The notes: a model not told the origin generated them from the sequence alone. A stretch of 64,000 nt of DNA from Octopus vulgaris (GCA_951406725.2 OX597824.1:26102001-26166000), one strand, 5' to 3'. Shown: positions 1 through 13,780, counted from the first letter of the stretch. Program-made: numbers and translations.

Positions 1-760
1 GTTCAATGGGTAGCAACTCGCATTTTCCCAAGTATTTGTACAGTTCACCGGCCAAAGCACCTGATATTAGTTTCCACATTAGGGGAAGGCATGTTATTGG
101 TTTTAAAGCTGGCTACTACATTTCCCTTTTGAGGATCCTTGGCACATAACAACGCCTTTCCCTTTGTCATCCAGCTAGGTACTGTACCTTCCTGCAAGCA
201 CTCGTCTAGTTGTTGTGCTGTCCTTTCCTGGAGCCCTCTCAGCTTCTTCCTCCAATACCCTTGGACCCCATCTGGTCCTAGGCTATTGCAATTTGAGAAT
301 TTTTAAAGCTGCTTTGTTATCATTTCTGTAGTTATCTCTATGTCTTCTTGGACTTCTATATTTCTTAACCTATCTTGGATCTCATGCAGCCACTTCGCTT
401 CATTATTCTCTACAGGTTGGTCCCAGATCCCTCTCTAGAATGCCTTGCTTTCCTCTGCATCTGGTATCATTGTTACGTGTATTTTCCCATCTAGTTCCTG
501 AAAGAGTTTCTTATGTTTTGCCTGAACCTTTTTGCCTGAACCTATTTTGTCTGAACTGTCTTTTTCTATTACCATATCTTTCCAGTTTTGCTTTGATTGC
601 TACTACTCTTTGTTTCAATTCTTCCAATATCACATCATTACCTTTATCTCTTATTCTATATCTTTCCAACATTATTCTTATGCTTTCGTTCTGCAGTTCC
701 CCTCTTCTCAATCTATCAACTTGTCCTAAATATCTTTTTAACTTTGTTCGTTTCTCACAA
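1..760 (-). mobile_element. R4/Dong-type (RLE) non-LTR retrotransposon fragment, RT-proximal region, degenerate
   Basis: Minus translation gives EELKQRVVAIKAKLERY and GPDGVQGYWRKKL...VPSWMTKGKALLCAKDPQKG, with frameshifts. Confidence 0.8.
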
Positions 761-794
761 ATTCGTCTGTGCCACTATGGTTCTTTACGTTCTG

Positions 795-845
<51 letters not shown>

Positions 846-846
<1 letters not shown>

Positions 847-1198
847 TATGTTTGACTTTTGCTTTATATTTGTACAAGTTGGCTCCAAGTCTCACCCAGA
901 GACCTCAAGAGACAACAGGTTGGAAGTTCACGTTGTTGTTATGCCTAGTGTGCCATATATTTGGGGTGGGGGTTGTACTAGTGAATGTCTAATACATAAA
1001 AAAAAAGGTTGTTTTAAACCTTGGGATTACATAGAGAGTATTTTGCGTAGGATATGAGCAGTTCCCACGAGCACTATCTTTTGAATTTCTGCCATTTTGG
1101 GGTTTCCTGGTATCTGAGTTAGGTAGCAATCAGCCCCTTTCGCTATCATTCCCAGGGCACCTATGACAACAGGTATTGTTTAATACCTATGACAACAG

Positions 1199-1277
<79 letters not shown>

Positions 1278-1688
1278 CATTATTATTATTATTATTATGT
1301 TTTTCCTTCTTTCTTCAAATTTTCTTCCGTTTCTCGCCGAGTGTTTTCCATACACTTAGGGCAGAGAAGAGCATTGTATGCATTCCCAGATTACACGTGA
1401 AAATTCCCAGGTAAAATATGTATTTAAAAATTAATAAATAAATAAATTCATGGGTGGATGTTATTTTCACAGCGATAGTGCTCTTCTCAGTACATGAGCC
1501 GTTCCAGTTAATACGATTTTTTGCACTTCCTGTAGGGATGGTAAGCTTGGAATCATTTTCAAATAGGTTTCAGTACTTTTTTTTATCATTCCTAGAGATC
1601 CTACAATCACTGGTACTGTAGTCGCCTTGAGATGCCACATTTTTTTCAATTTCTATTAGCAGGTCTTTATATTTACTAATCCTGTCAA

Positions 1689-1690
<2 letters not shown>
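846..1690 (-). mobile_element. Two 5'-truncated R4/Dong-type 3' ends (about 846-1200 and 1299-1690), each ending in (TAA)n
   Basis: C-terminal motifs VIGALG...EIQKIVLVGTAHILRKILS* and VPVIVGSLG...EVQKIVLTGTAHVLRRALSL*, each followed by a 3' UTR and a TAA array. Confidence 0.85.
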
Positions 1691-1726
<36 letters not shown>

Positions 1727-1729
<3 letters not shown>

Positions 1730-1958
1730 TAATTGACCCCTTGCCGTCAAAAATGACGGCTAATTGTCGTATTTTATATATAAATAAGGTGCAAAATAAG
1801 GTACATAATAATCACACATACAAGCATTCGCATAACTTCCCTTGTACACGCACACACATACACACATATACTCACAGTGTTGAAACGCTGTTTGAATTTT
1901 CTTTTCAACACCTCACTTCCATTGCACCCCACACACATACACATACACACACACACAA

Positions 1959-1996
<38 letters not shown>

Positions 1997-2765
1997 ACAC
2001 ACACACAAACACACACATTCACATGACCCCTTTTATACACACACTCATACACTCACGCATAGTTGAAACGTTATTTGGTTTTTCATCATAGAACTTCCTT
2101 CACTACCAAGTTTGCCATCACCCCTTCCTTTCTCATTCATATGTTGTGACGGAGAAATGCACAAGAGTATTATTATAGTAGAAAATATGGATGGTAAGTC
2201 AAATTAATACACTTGTCAATGTTCACGTATGTTCACACATTTCCCTTGTACACGCACACACACATGCGCACATATACTCACACAGAGTTGGAATGCTGTA
2301 TGATCTTTCTTTTCAGCGTTGAACGTTCAACTATCCCATTTTCATTGCACACACACACATACACACACACACAAACGTTCACATATCTCCCTTTTACATA
2401 CACACACATATACTCACACAAAGCTGAAATGCTGATTTTTTTTTTCACGCTTTCCTTCGTTATTTATCTATCACCCCTTCCTTTCTCATTCATATGTTGT
2501 GATGGAGAAAAAAAACAGAAGATACACGACGTGCTCTTTGCCATTTCCTTTACTTTCTCTCACTCCCCGCTCAGTCTGGGCTATTACTCTCACTACTCCT
2601 CCTTCACTGAATTACTATTTTCTCCCCTCTGCCTTCACTTATACTACTTTCTCCTACTCTGTCCAACGTGATTTTGGACACACTCACTCACACACACACG
2701 CACACACACACACACACACACATACACACAAATATATAAAAACACTACGCTCATTATTATATTAG
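1727..2765 (+). mobile_element. Non-autonomous Helitron/Helentron-like (HINE) elements with internal (CA)n; inverted partial copy at about 3290-3490
   Basis: Starts ACTAATTGACCC with subterminal palindrome GCCGTCAAAAATGACGGC. Ends TATTATAGTAGA and ATTATATTAG. 2498-2682 is inverted at 3295-3489, and 2188-2245 recurs at about 42927-42987. Confidence 0.55.
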
Positions 2766-2787
2766 GTGATTATTATTATTATTAATA

Positions 2788-2833
<46 letters not shown>

Positions 2834-2909
2834 GCAGTAGTAGTAGTAGTGGTAGTAGTAGTAGTACTAGTAGTAGTAGTAGTAGTAGTATTGTCGTTGT
2901 TGTTGTTTA

Positions 2910-3244
2910 GCACAGCAATTTCGCTGAGAAATGTAACAAAGTGTTTGCTGTCCACAACCAATGGCCAAAGGAATTACACTTCATTAAGATTTCCAGAACT
3001 CTGCGACGGATTCTTGCAGTTCCAAGCGACACCATTTCCTGTAAATGCTCTGTCTTCACGTTTATTCGTATCTTTTCAAATCCAGTTTGTGAGCTTCACA
3101 CTTATAGTACCACCCAGGGATCCAACAGCAACAAGTACAACTCTCTCCGTCTTCAATGACTGCAGTCTTTTTATCTTCCACTTCAAATCATCATATCTGG
3201 CCTGCTTCTCCTTCTTTTTCCAATACTTTGTCATTACCAGGGCA

Positions 3245-3245
<1 letters not shown>
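2910..3245 (-). mobile_element. R4-type LINE 3' fragment
   Basis: RYDDLKWKIKRL...VLVAVGSLG and, in another frame, VSLGTARIRRRVLEI. Confidence 0.7.
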
Positions 3246-3277
<32 letters not shown>

Positions 3278-3659
3278 GCGTGTGCGCGCGCGCGTGTGTC
3301 CAAAATCACGCTGGACGGAGTAGGAGAAAGTAATATAAGTGAAGGCAGAGGGGAGAAAATAGTAATTCAGTGAAGGAGGAGTAGTGAGAGTAATAGCCCT
3401 GACTGTGCGGGGGTGAGAGAAAGTAATAGGAATGAGAGAAGTGAAGTAGCAAAGAGCGCGTCGTGTATCTTCTGTTTTTCTCCATCACAATATAATGATT
3501 AAACAGGGTTTTTTTTTCACCTCTTTATTCACAACCACTATATCCGACTCTCAGTGTTTAATTTCATGGATCCTTACATCCCAAAGTATCTTTCCCTTTT
3601 TGTCATTTATTTACCCATATCACATTTTAGCTCTATCCAATCGATACGCCCCACGCATT

Positions 3660-4600
3660 GAGTGAAAGGGCAGCGAGTGCCATTAAAAATGACCCTAGGA
3701 CACAAATATACGAAGTCCAACATACCGATCAAGACTACCCGTCTGATGAGGGTACACAAGGCACAAGCATTACAACCATATGTGTACGATGTGGTGATCC
3801 CATATCAAAATAAATAAGCGCAGGCGTGGCTGTGTGGTAAGAAGCTTGTATCTTCACCACATGGTTCCGGGTTCTGTCCCACTGCGTGACATCTGTGAAG
3901 GCGGCGAGCTGGCAGAACCGTTAGCACGCCGGGCGAAATGCGTAGCCGTATTTCGTCTGCCGTTACGTTCTGAGTTCAAATTCCGCCGAGGTCCACTTTG
4001 CCTTTCATCCTTTCGGGGTCGATAAATTAAGTACCAGTTACGAACTGGGGTCGATGTAATCGACTTAATCCGTTTGTCTGTCCTTGTTTGTCCCATCTAT
4101 GTTTGGCCCCTTGTGGGTAATAAAGAAACAGATCTCATATCAAAATAAACAGTGCATAACTTGCAGGTGGGGCCCAGTTAGAATTTTTTCTTCAGGTCGA
4201 GTAACCCATCCTGCTTAAAACATCCATGAATAAGTATTCCTTAAGGATGATGAACAAAATACCCATGCGTCCTGAGGTGAATAATTCAAACCCCAAAGAA
4301 TTCCTCTCAACACATGGCTATGATGTTTCCTCATTACTCCTGCTCGTGATCAGAAATGCACATATCGTCAGCCACTAAGGGACATGATCAACGGGTAATG
4401 GTCAAGCAACTGCTTAGCAGATCTGTGGTATTGATGCACATATCATCAGCCATTAAGGGTCATGATCGACTGGTTAAGGTCAAGCAACTGATAAGTAGAT
4501 CTGTGGTATTGAGCAGAATATTTGTTGCAACCATATTTTACACCAGGACAAAACGTGCATGTCAACACTTTCAAACAGTTAAAATCAGAATGAGAGCTAT
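3660..4600 (-). mobile_element. Old non-LTR element 3' region interrupted by a chimeric SINE (3818-4130)
   Basis: The SINE is flanked by the direct repeat GATC(C/T)CATATCAAAATAAA. A related 3' end lies at about 17862-17912 next to (TAA)n. Confidence 0.45.
3899..4130 (+). mobile_element. SINE family B (tRNA-like head + Meta-like central domain); representative copy
   Basis: GGCGGCGAGCTGGCAGAA...GAGTTCAAATTCC (B box)...CCTTTCATCCTTTCGGGGTCGATAAATTAAGTACCAG. Other copies near 4610, 5105, 8579(-), 10570(-), 15487, 18767, 23318, 29700(-), 30215(-), 44838, 45713(-), 48990, 49378(-), 50838, 51007(-), 55640 and 63310, often as tandem multimers. Confidence 0.9.
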
Positions 4601-4816
4601 TGCCTGACAAGCTTGTAGAATCGTTAGCACGCCGGGCAAAATGTTTAGCGGCATTGCGCCCGTTTTCACGTTCTCGGTTTAAATTCTGCCGAGGTCGACT
4701 TTTCTTTTCATCCTTTCGGGGTCGATATATTAAGTACCAGTTGCTTACTGGGGTCGATTTAATCGACTGGCTCTTTCCCCAAAAATTTCAGGCCTTGTGC
4801 CTATAGTAGAAAGGAC

Positions 4817-5103
<287 letters not shown>

Positions 5104-5701
5104 GAGCGACGAGCTGGCAGAATCGTTAGCACACCGGGCGAAATGCTTCGCCCGTCGCCACGTTTGAGTTCAAATTCCACCGAGATCGACTTTACCTTTC
5201 ATCTTTACGGGCTCGATAAATTAAGTATCAGTTGCGTACTGGGGTCTGTCTGCTCGACTGCCCCCCCCAAAAAAAATTTCAGGCGTTGTGCCTATAGTAG
5301 AAAGAATTATTATTAGTTTGCTGCTGCTGCTGCTGCTGCTGCTGTTGTTGTTGTTGTTGTTGTTGTTGTTATTGTTGTTATTGCTGCTGCTGCTGCTGTT
5401 GCTGTTGATGTTATTGGACATTGACGGGAAGCGACACTCAATCTCGGCTTCGTAGAATTTCTGAAATTTCTAGGTTTCACCCGATCTGGGTTGTGTGTAT
5501 ATTTACTAGCATTTTTGTCCCCTACGCAAAAAAAAAAAAAAAAAAAAAAACTGCCCCACTTTTGTTTGGTGAGGTTTTCTGTTTCCCTCCGAGGATGGTC
5601 AGATTTTTGAATATTGTATTTGCGAGTCTATAATTTTCTTGAGAAAAAGAAAATGTGGTTCAGCGTGAATGAATAATAATGTTCATTGGAGAGAAATATG
5701 A

Positions 5702-5771
<70 letters not shown>

Positions 5772-5820
5772 TGGTGAAATGACTTTGCCTGGTGTCTCTG
5801 TTGGTAGCAACAGGCTTGCT

Positions 5821-5834
5821 GTTGTTATGGCAAC
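5821..5834. promoter_or_regulatory. RFX X-box consensus match
   Basis: GTTGTTATGGCAAC fits GTHNYY-AT-RRNAAC. A second GGTAGCAAC half-site lies about 20 bp upstream. Confidence 0.3.
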
Positions 5835-6059
5835 GATACCTCGATGTCAGAGGTAAAAAAAAAAATGGCTGTCTTTTGCTTCGATACGTTTGACACGTAC
5901 CGAAGAAGATTTAACAAGAAAAACACAAACAGCAGCAGCAGCAGCATTGAAAAAATGTTTGATATCACAAAGGAGTATTGGCGAAGACTTTTGCAACCTT
6001 GCCTGGTTCCAAAGAGGGTAAATAAAGCAGCAACATTAGCATAAAATGATACCTCTTCT

Positions 6060-6525
<466 letters not shown>

Positions 6526-6559
6526 ACGATGCTCAGTTATTTTGCGGGAACTACACTCA

Positions 6560-7670
6560 CAAAAAAGGAAGAAATATGTATGCGAGAAGAGAATACCAAC
6601 TTAAGACGAATGCAAGAGATTGCAGATGTGTCGAGATAGACAACAGAAAAGCCTCATTGGTAGTAACAGAATTGGATATACAGTAGATGAAGTCGTATCT
6701 TGTTCTAGAGCGAGCCAATTCCCTTTTAGAAACTAACAAGTACCACCAGCAAAGTTGTTTCGGAATTCGGTTGGCTGTCCTTACCCATGTTCAACCAGAA
6801 AGCCTGAACGAAATTCCGGATCTTACAGAAATCCGAAATTGGCACCAGCTTCGTGTTATAGTGGAAAATCAAAAACCTAGGAGTTACCTTTTTTTTTTTT
6901 GTTGGCACTCCGTCGCTTACGACAACGAGGGTTCCAGTTGATCCGATCAACGGAACAGCCTGCTCGTGAAATTAACGTGTAAGTGGCTGAGAACTCCACA
7001 GACACGCGTACCCTTAACGTAGTTCTCGGGGGATATTCAGCGTGATACAGAGTGTGACAAGGCTGGCCCTTTGAAATACAGGTACAACAGAAACAGGAAG
7101 TAAGAGTGAGAGAAAGTTGCGGTGAAAGAGTACAGCAGGGTTCGCCACCATCCCCTGCCGGAGCCTCGTGGAACTTTAGGTGTTTTCGCTCAATAAACAC
7201 TCACAACGCCCGGTATGGGTATCGAAACCGCGATCCTATGACCGCGAGTCCGCTGCCCTAACCACTGGGCCATTGCGACTCCCCTAGGAGTTACATATGT
7301 GGTATAACCAACCACTTGAAGACCATTTTTGTCCAACAACAAAGCGGAACAGAAAGAAAGTTCACACTCTACCCGAGCCTGCGTCGAAAGCGACATAAAC
7401 AACAAAAGCGTAAAAAGCAATCGTAACTGAAACAGCTATAAGAGAAGCAAAATAACGATCGCTTTGAATCGCACGCTTGATCCGTCTGGAGTTTCCCTTC
7501 TTGTCTCTTCTGGCTTTTGAGCTATTGCTACAAAAGCTGGAACTGTTGAGGGGTATTTCTTTTGAACGGGGATCCATGAGAGCTGCGACGGCATATACGG
7601 ATAACGTCACTATCATGGGGTAAGACGTCACCGACCTTGAAGCAGTTGACAATATTCTGAAATGAATAAA
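6560..7670 (+). mobile_element. Degenerate Tx1/L1-type LINE (ORF1 remnant, then RT remnant) split by a SINE
   Basis: LNEIPDLTEI...LRVIVENQKPRSY is ORF1-like. LLAFELLLQKLE...TAYTDNVTI is a degenerate LEPLL...YADD RT motif. Confidence 0.6.
6890..7281 (-). mobile_element. SINE family C (tRNA-derived), full length, with TSD CCTAGGAGTTAC
   Basis: Head GCGCAATGGCCCAGTGGTTAGGGCAGCGGACTCGCG...GGTTTCGATTCCC (A/B boxes). Other copies: 9642-10011(+), 20831-21025(+), 44160-44540(-). V-domain variants: 25979-26285(+), 56136-56435(+). Confidence 0.9.
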
Positions 7671-8043
7671 ATTAGCGTTTCTTTTGTCGACAACAATGAC
7701 ATTTGTACATAGTTGTATTGCTAAACGAGAGAAGAAACAATGTTGTTAGAGCCAGATTCGCCTCTATTATCCAAGCAGAGATTTTGATCATGTCAAGATT
7801 CACAGACAATTAAGACTGCCGAGGAAACCTATGAGGAACCTGACCGTGCTTATTTTCTCCAGAAGGTCATCCAAGAAATGGTGAAGAAATACGCTTTAAA
7901 ATGGACGACAAGACACTTCCATCTGCTCTCATATTCGTAACGTCCATGTATTTTGCCATAGTTGTATGAATGCGCATTTTATGTCAAATGAAAAAGATTA
8001 ATAATAATAATAATGATAATAAAAGGTTAATAATAATAACAAC

Positions 8044-8088
<45 letters not shown>

Positions 8089-8167
8089 TAAATAATAATA
8101 ATAATAATATTATTATTAACCTTTTTCATTTGACATAAAATGCGCATTCATACAACTATGGCAAAAT

Positions 8168-8199
<32 letters not shown>

Positions 8200-8202
8200 A
8201 AC

Positions 8203-8266
<64 letters not shown>

Positions 8267-8879
8267 TCTATCATCATTATCAGGAAGTATTGTGGACTCG
8301 GCTACTTTTACGCAATGGAAATCGGGTAACTGGTCCTATGTGTCCTAAGACTCTTAACAGTAATATCCAAGGGTTGATGATCAGTATCATGATGGATAGG
8401 GTAGAATAAAATGTAAAATTGACCTCATAGGGATTTGAACACAGATCGCTATAAGCCAGAACAGATACTGCAAAGCACTGTTGTATCCAACACACCAAAC
8501 GGCTCTGCCAACTCGCTGCTTAAGTAGATTGAAGATGTCGCTCCAGTATCACTCTCTTGCCACTGAAACTACAATTACCTATTTCTTTATTACCCACAAG
8601 GGGCTAAACATAGAGGGGACAAATAAGGACAGACAAAGGTATTAAGTCGATTACATCGACCCCAGTGCGTAACTGGTACTTAATTTATCGACCCCGAAAG
8701 GATGAAAGTCAAAGCCGACCTCGGCGGAATTTGAACTCAGAACGTAACGGCAGACGAAATACGGCTACGCATTTCACCCGACGTGCTAACGATTCTGCCA
8801 GCTCGTCGCCTTATTTCTGCCAGCTCGCCGCCTTTTTCTGCCAGCTCGCCGTCTTAATTTCTGCCAGCTCGCCGCCTTA

Positions 8880-9180
8880 CAATTACCTTTCACACTTCCG
8901 GTCAGTAAGGGATCAAACAGGGAACCTAACCCACGTGCGTTTTTCTCCCGGCTCTCCTTTGTTTTATCTCCTTTCACCTTTTGTGTCTCCCTGAACTTTT
9001 TCTGGTATCTGATGATGGACCGTATCCGAAACGTTATATTTTTACTCTAAAACATTTACTCCATAACTTTTTTCCTTTCTTGAGCGCCAACCTAATAATA
9101 CTAACTGCGAGCGTCTCTTGGACTTTTGTTGTTGATTTTTGTTATTTGTATTTGCTTTGCTGTATTGAAGATAACCTATT
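8880..9180 (+). mobile_element. Penelope-like terminal repeat remnant with a minimal hammerhead core at 9009-9036
   Basis: CTGATGA-T-GGA CCGTA TCC-GAAAC-GTTA. Confidence 0.55.
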
Positions 9181-11069
9181 AAACGCTCATCTGACTTCAC
9201 AGTAATCTTATTCCTCACATTCCAACGCATTCTCACCGTTTCATTCAAATAAGTGATACTGTTTCACTGGATAAAATTGCATTATCGGTCGCCTGAAGTA
9301 CACTCCCAACCCAAGTCGAGGAGGTTAGAATTGTCTGGATTGTATTTCAGTATAGTCACAGCCGCTACATTCCAACATATATACACCGTGACACTGGTTG
9401 ACAGATATGCTGCTAGCCAGCGTTTTGTTCTGTTAAACACACAGACAGGCTGCAACATCAATAACAACACTAGTCCCAAACACTTTACTGGGACGTATAT
9501 CTCCAGTAATAAGCACAGAAGTAAGAATAAGCACAGAGGTAACAAAGTAACAGCCGCGCTTTAATCAAGTTCATGAAGCCTGCATCTACCGTGGCCACAA
9601 CCTGAACATGTCTAAACTCTGTTACACAGTACTCTATGCAGTGGAGGCGCAATGGCCCAGTGGTTAGGGCAGCGGACTCGCGGTTTCGATTCCCAGACCG
9701 GGCGTTGTGAGTGTTTATTGAGCGAAAACACCTAAAAGCTCCACGAGGCTCCGGCAGGGGATGGTGGTGATCCCTGCTGTACTCTTTCACCGCAACTTTC
9801 TCTCACTCTTACTTCCTGTTTCTGTTGTACCTGTATTTCAAGGGGTCGGCCTTGTCACTCTCTGTGTCACGCTGAATATCCTCGAGAACTACGTTAAGGG
9901 TGCACGTGTCTGTGGATTGCTCAGCCACTTACACGTTAATTTCACGAGCAGGCTGTTCCGTTGATTCGGATCAACCGGAAGCCTCATCGTCGTAACCGAC
10001 GGAGTGCTTCCACACACTCTATGCAATTTACCAGTGCATGTTTGAGTGTACAGTATGCTCTCCTGCTGGTAAAGAGATATAACTGGTAGAATGGAACAAT
10101 TTGACCGACTATCAACATTCTGTTTGCCATACGACTGTATAGGCTGTTACTGTGTTGCATTTAGGTTGATCTGGGGGCTACACAAGAACAACAACAAAAG
10201 CAGCAGCAACAACAGCCGTCCAAGAATTTGGACCTGGAGATCTCCATTTCCAGCGACTTCGAGGGCCACCTCCCAGTGGTGTCGGGCGTCAACGAAGAGC
10301 CCTCGACTACAACAAGACGACCAAAGTTTTTTCGTTTTCAAAGTCTGGGGTCTCCCGCCCCTAAGCCCTATACCATCACCTAATCACCCTTACCCATCTT
10401 GTTGCTTAACAACAACAACAACAACAACAACAACAGCAGCAGCAGCAGCAGCAACAACATTAGCAACATGAACACGGCCGCTTAATATGCAAGAAATAGC
10501 AGCTAGAACACTTTGAAATCATACCCTCTTATCTCAAAAAAAGAAAAAGTGCCACTTACTTTTTTAAATGCCTATTTCTTTATTACCAACAAGGGGCTAA
10601 ACATAGAGGGGACAAACAAGGACAGACATAGGTATTAAGTCGATTACATCGACCCCAGTGCGTAACTGGTACTTAATTTATCGACCCCGAAAAGGATGAA
10701 AGGTAAAGTCGACCTCGGCGGAATTTGAACTCACAACGTAACGGCAGACGAAATACTGCTAAGCATTTCGGCCGACGTGCTAACGTTTCTGCTAGCTCGC
10801 CGCCTTGTCGTCCGAGACGGACCGCTCCCATATCACCACCTAGCAGCGCTATCCATTCCTTAATATTGCCTATCATCACTTTTGTGGTCTTCCTATACCT
10901 GTCTTTTTCGCCAAGGTTTTTCTTCTTCTCCTTAGAGGTAAAGTGTCAAGGCGTCGTCGTGCTGCATAAACAAACCACTTCAGTTTCTGCCTTTTAAAAG
11001 TCGATAATATTTTCGTTTGTGTTGCAGTCTTCCTAACAATATCTTCTTGTTATGTGTATGAATTGCTAT

Positions 11070-11749
11070 CATCATCATCCTCATTGTTCGACCGTGGTCG
11101 AGACAATGGAATTTACCATGCTACGCCAGACTTCACAGTCCATCATGGCGTTATGGAGGTCCTGTTGCTGGATGCCTGTATCCCTGGAGATTACATCAGG
11201 GTAGGAGAGTGTGCGCCCTCTGGCATTGCGAGTAGATGGCTTCCAGAGGAGGAGACAATAGAATTTACCATGCTACGCCAGACTTCACGGTCCATCATGG
11301 CATTACGGAGGTCCTGTTGCTGGATGCCTGTATCCCTGGAGATTACATCAGGGTAGGAGAGTGTGCGCCCTCTGGCATTGCGAGTAGATGGCTTCCAGAG
11401 GAGGAGACAATAGAATTTACCATGCTACGCCAGACTTCACGGTCCATCATGGCATTACGGAGGTCCTGTTGCTGGATGCCTGTATCCCTGGAGATTACAT
11501 CAGGGTAGGAGAGTGTGCGCCCTCTGGCATTGCGAGTAGATGGCTTCCAGAGGAGAGAAGAAATTACCTCTTTTTCAACTCTACAACAATGTCAAGCAAA
11601 CTGGACTCTCTCCTACCTTTCACAAGAGATGACACAGGTGGTAGTTTCCCATATAGTTGCATTTTGGTTGGATGGCGCTTCCACGAGAGATTTTGAGCTC
11701 TCATAAGGAGGCGAGTGTAGGTTCCATCCAACCGCCTCTCAAGCTTCTT
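11070..11749 (-). mobile_element. 5'-truncated RTE-X-like LINE with a triplicated 152-bp 3' segment
   Basis: LERRLDGTYTRLLMRAQNLSWKRHPTK, an (ATG)n tail, and TSD TGAATTGCTAT at 11059 and 11750. Confidence 0.85.
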
Positions 11750-12064
11750 TGAATTGCTATATATATATACACTGTTTCTGATAAGAACGTAGACGTTCCT
11801 TGATGAAAAGTCATTGATCATAGGTCTGTTCAGTCAGGGATTAAATTGGAGGTAAACAATAACATCAATAACGATGGACTTATTTTTTGCAATAAATTTA
11901 TTAAATTTTAAATTTGTTAAATCTCTTGCTCACCGTTGGAATAAAATTTTTACGATAATTTGTTTACCTTATTACACACACACACACACACACACATTTC
12001 TGTCATACATAAATATATACTAAAGTGAGAAAGTAATGCAAATAAAAAATTGCGTTACTCGCCC

Positions 12065-12069
12065 GTGTT

Positions 12070-12129
<60 letters not shown>

Positions 12130-12423
12130 ACTTACTTTCCCCTTTCTTTTCTTCCTTCCTTTCTCTCTTTTTCTGTCCCTTTCTCTCTCTTTCACTTTCT
12201 TTTCTTTTTTCTTCATGTCTTTCTGTCTTTCTCTCTTTTTCTTTTCTCTTTCTCTCTTCTTTCCTTTCTCACTTTCTCTTTCTTTCTTTTTCACTTTCTT
12301 TTTCACTTTCTTTCTCTCTTTTTCACATTCTTTCTTTCGTCATGCCTTCCTTCCTTCTTTGCTTCCTTCATGTTTTCTTTCTTTCTTCCTCCCTTTTTTC
12401 TTTCCTTCCTTCATGTTTTTCTC

Positions 12424-12455
<32 letters not shown>

Positions 12456-12656
12456 TAACTTTCTTTTCCTCTCTTTCTTTCTCCCTCCTTGCTTTTCATC
12501 CTTTCTTTCTTTCTTCCTTCCTCCCTTCCTTCCTTCTTTCCTTCCTTCTTTGCTTCATGTTTTCTTTCCTTCCTTCATGTCTTTCTTTTCTTCCTTCATG
12601 TCTTTCTTTCTTTCTTTAACTTTCTTTTCCTCTCTTTCTTTCTCCCTCCTTGCTTT

Positions 12657-12690
<34 letters not shown>

Positions 12691-12997
12691 TTCCTCCCTT
12701 CCTTCCTTCTTTCCTTCCTTCTTTGCTTCATGTTTTCTTTCCTTCCTTCATGTCTTTCTTTCTTTTCTTCCTTCATGTCTTTCTTTCTTTCTTTAACTTT
12801 CTTTTCCCCTCTTTCTTTCTCCCTCCTTGCTTTTCTTTCTTTGTTTCTTTCTTTCTTCCTTCCTTCCTTCCTTCTTTCCTTCTTTGCTTCCTTCATGTTT
12901 TCTTTCTTTCTTCCTCCCTTCTTTCTTTTCTTCCTTCATGTCTTTCTTTCTTTAACTTTCTTTTCCCCTCTTTCTTTCTCCCTCCTTGCTTTTCATC

Positions 12998-13043
<46 letters not shown>

Positions 13044-13780
13044 CTCTGTCCCTTTTTGTTCGCTTTAAGTATTCCATTTCTCTCTTATACTGTATCTTTC
13101 TTCTTTGTATCGTTTTTAAATTCTTTCTTTTCTTTCATTTTTCTTCTATTTTCTCCTTCTCACATCCTTTCTTCCTTTTCTTCCTTCTTTCTTACAACTT
13201 CCATTTTTTTATTCCTCTAATCCATCCTTCCTTTTTTCCCTTCCTTTCTTCCTCTCCTCTCTCATTCTTTCATTCTTACAACCTTCTTTCTCTCTTTCTT
13301 CCTTTCCTTCCTTTTTACCGTCTTCCCTTTGTTTCTTCCTTTCTTCTCTCTTACAATCTTCCTTCCTTTCATTTTTCGATCTTTCTCTCTTTCTTTCTTT
13401 CATCCCTCCCTTCCTTTCCTTCCTTCTTTTTCTTTTTCTCTCTTTCTTTCTTTCTCTCTTTTCTTCCTCCTTTCTTTCTTTATTTCTTTCCTTTCCTTTC
13501 TCCTTTCTCTTTCCGTCTTTCTTTCATCCCACCCGTCTTCCCTTCCTCCCTTTCTTTCATTCATTCATTTATTCATGCCATCATTCTCCCTTTCTTTCTT
13601 CCTTCCTTCCTTTCTTTCTTTTATCCCTCCTGCCCTCCCTTTCATTCTTCCTTCCTTTCTTTCTTTCTTTTTTCCTTCCTTCCTTTCTTTCTTTTATCCC
13701 TCCTTCTTGCTCTCCTACTTTCTTTCCTTCCTCCTTTCTTTCCACCCTTCCTCCATTCTTCTTATCTTTCTATTAATTCA
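12065..13780 (+). repeat. 1.7-kb polypyrimidine tract, (TTTC)n/(TTCC)n, with higher-order repeats
   Basis: Directly visible. TAACTTTCTTTTCC(T/C)CTCTTTC recurs at about 12456, 12617, 12794 and 12952. Confidence 0.97.

Noticed and set aside
7690-7940. Possible coding exon (EETYEEPDRAYFLQKVIQEMVKKY)
   Set aside because: It is frameshifted and looks more like a very old mariner C-terminus (PDSPLLS resembling PYSPDLS). Too degraded to call.
9642-9705. tRNA-like sequences at SINE heads
   Set aside because: A/B boxes continue into SINE bodies with no acceptor stem or terminator, so they are not tRNA genes.
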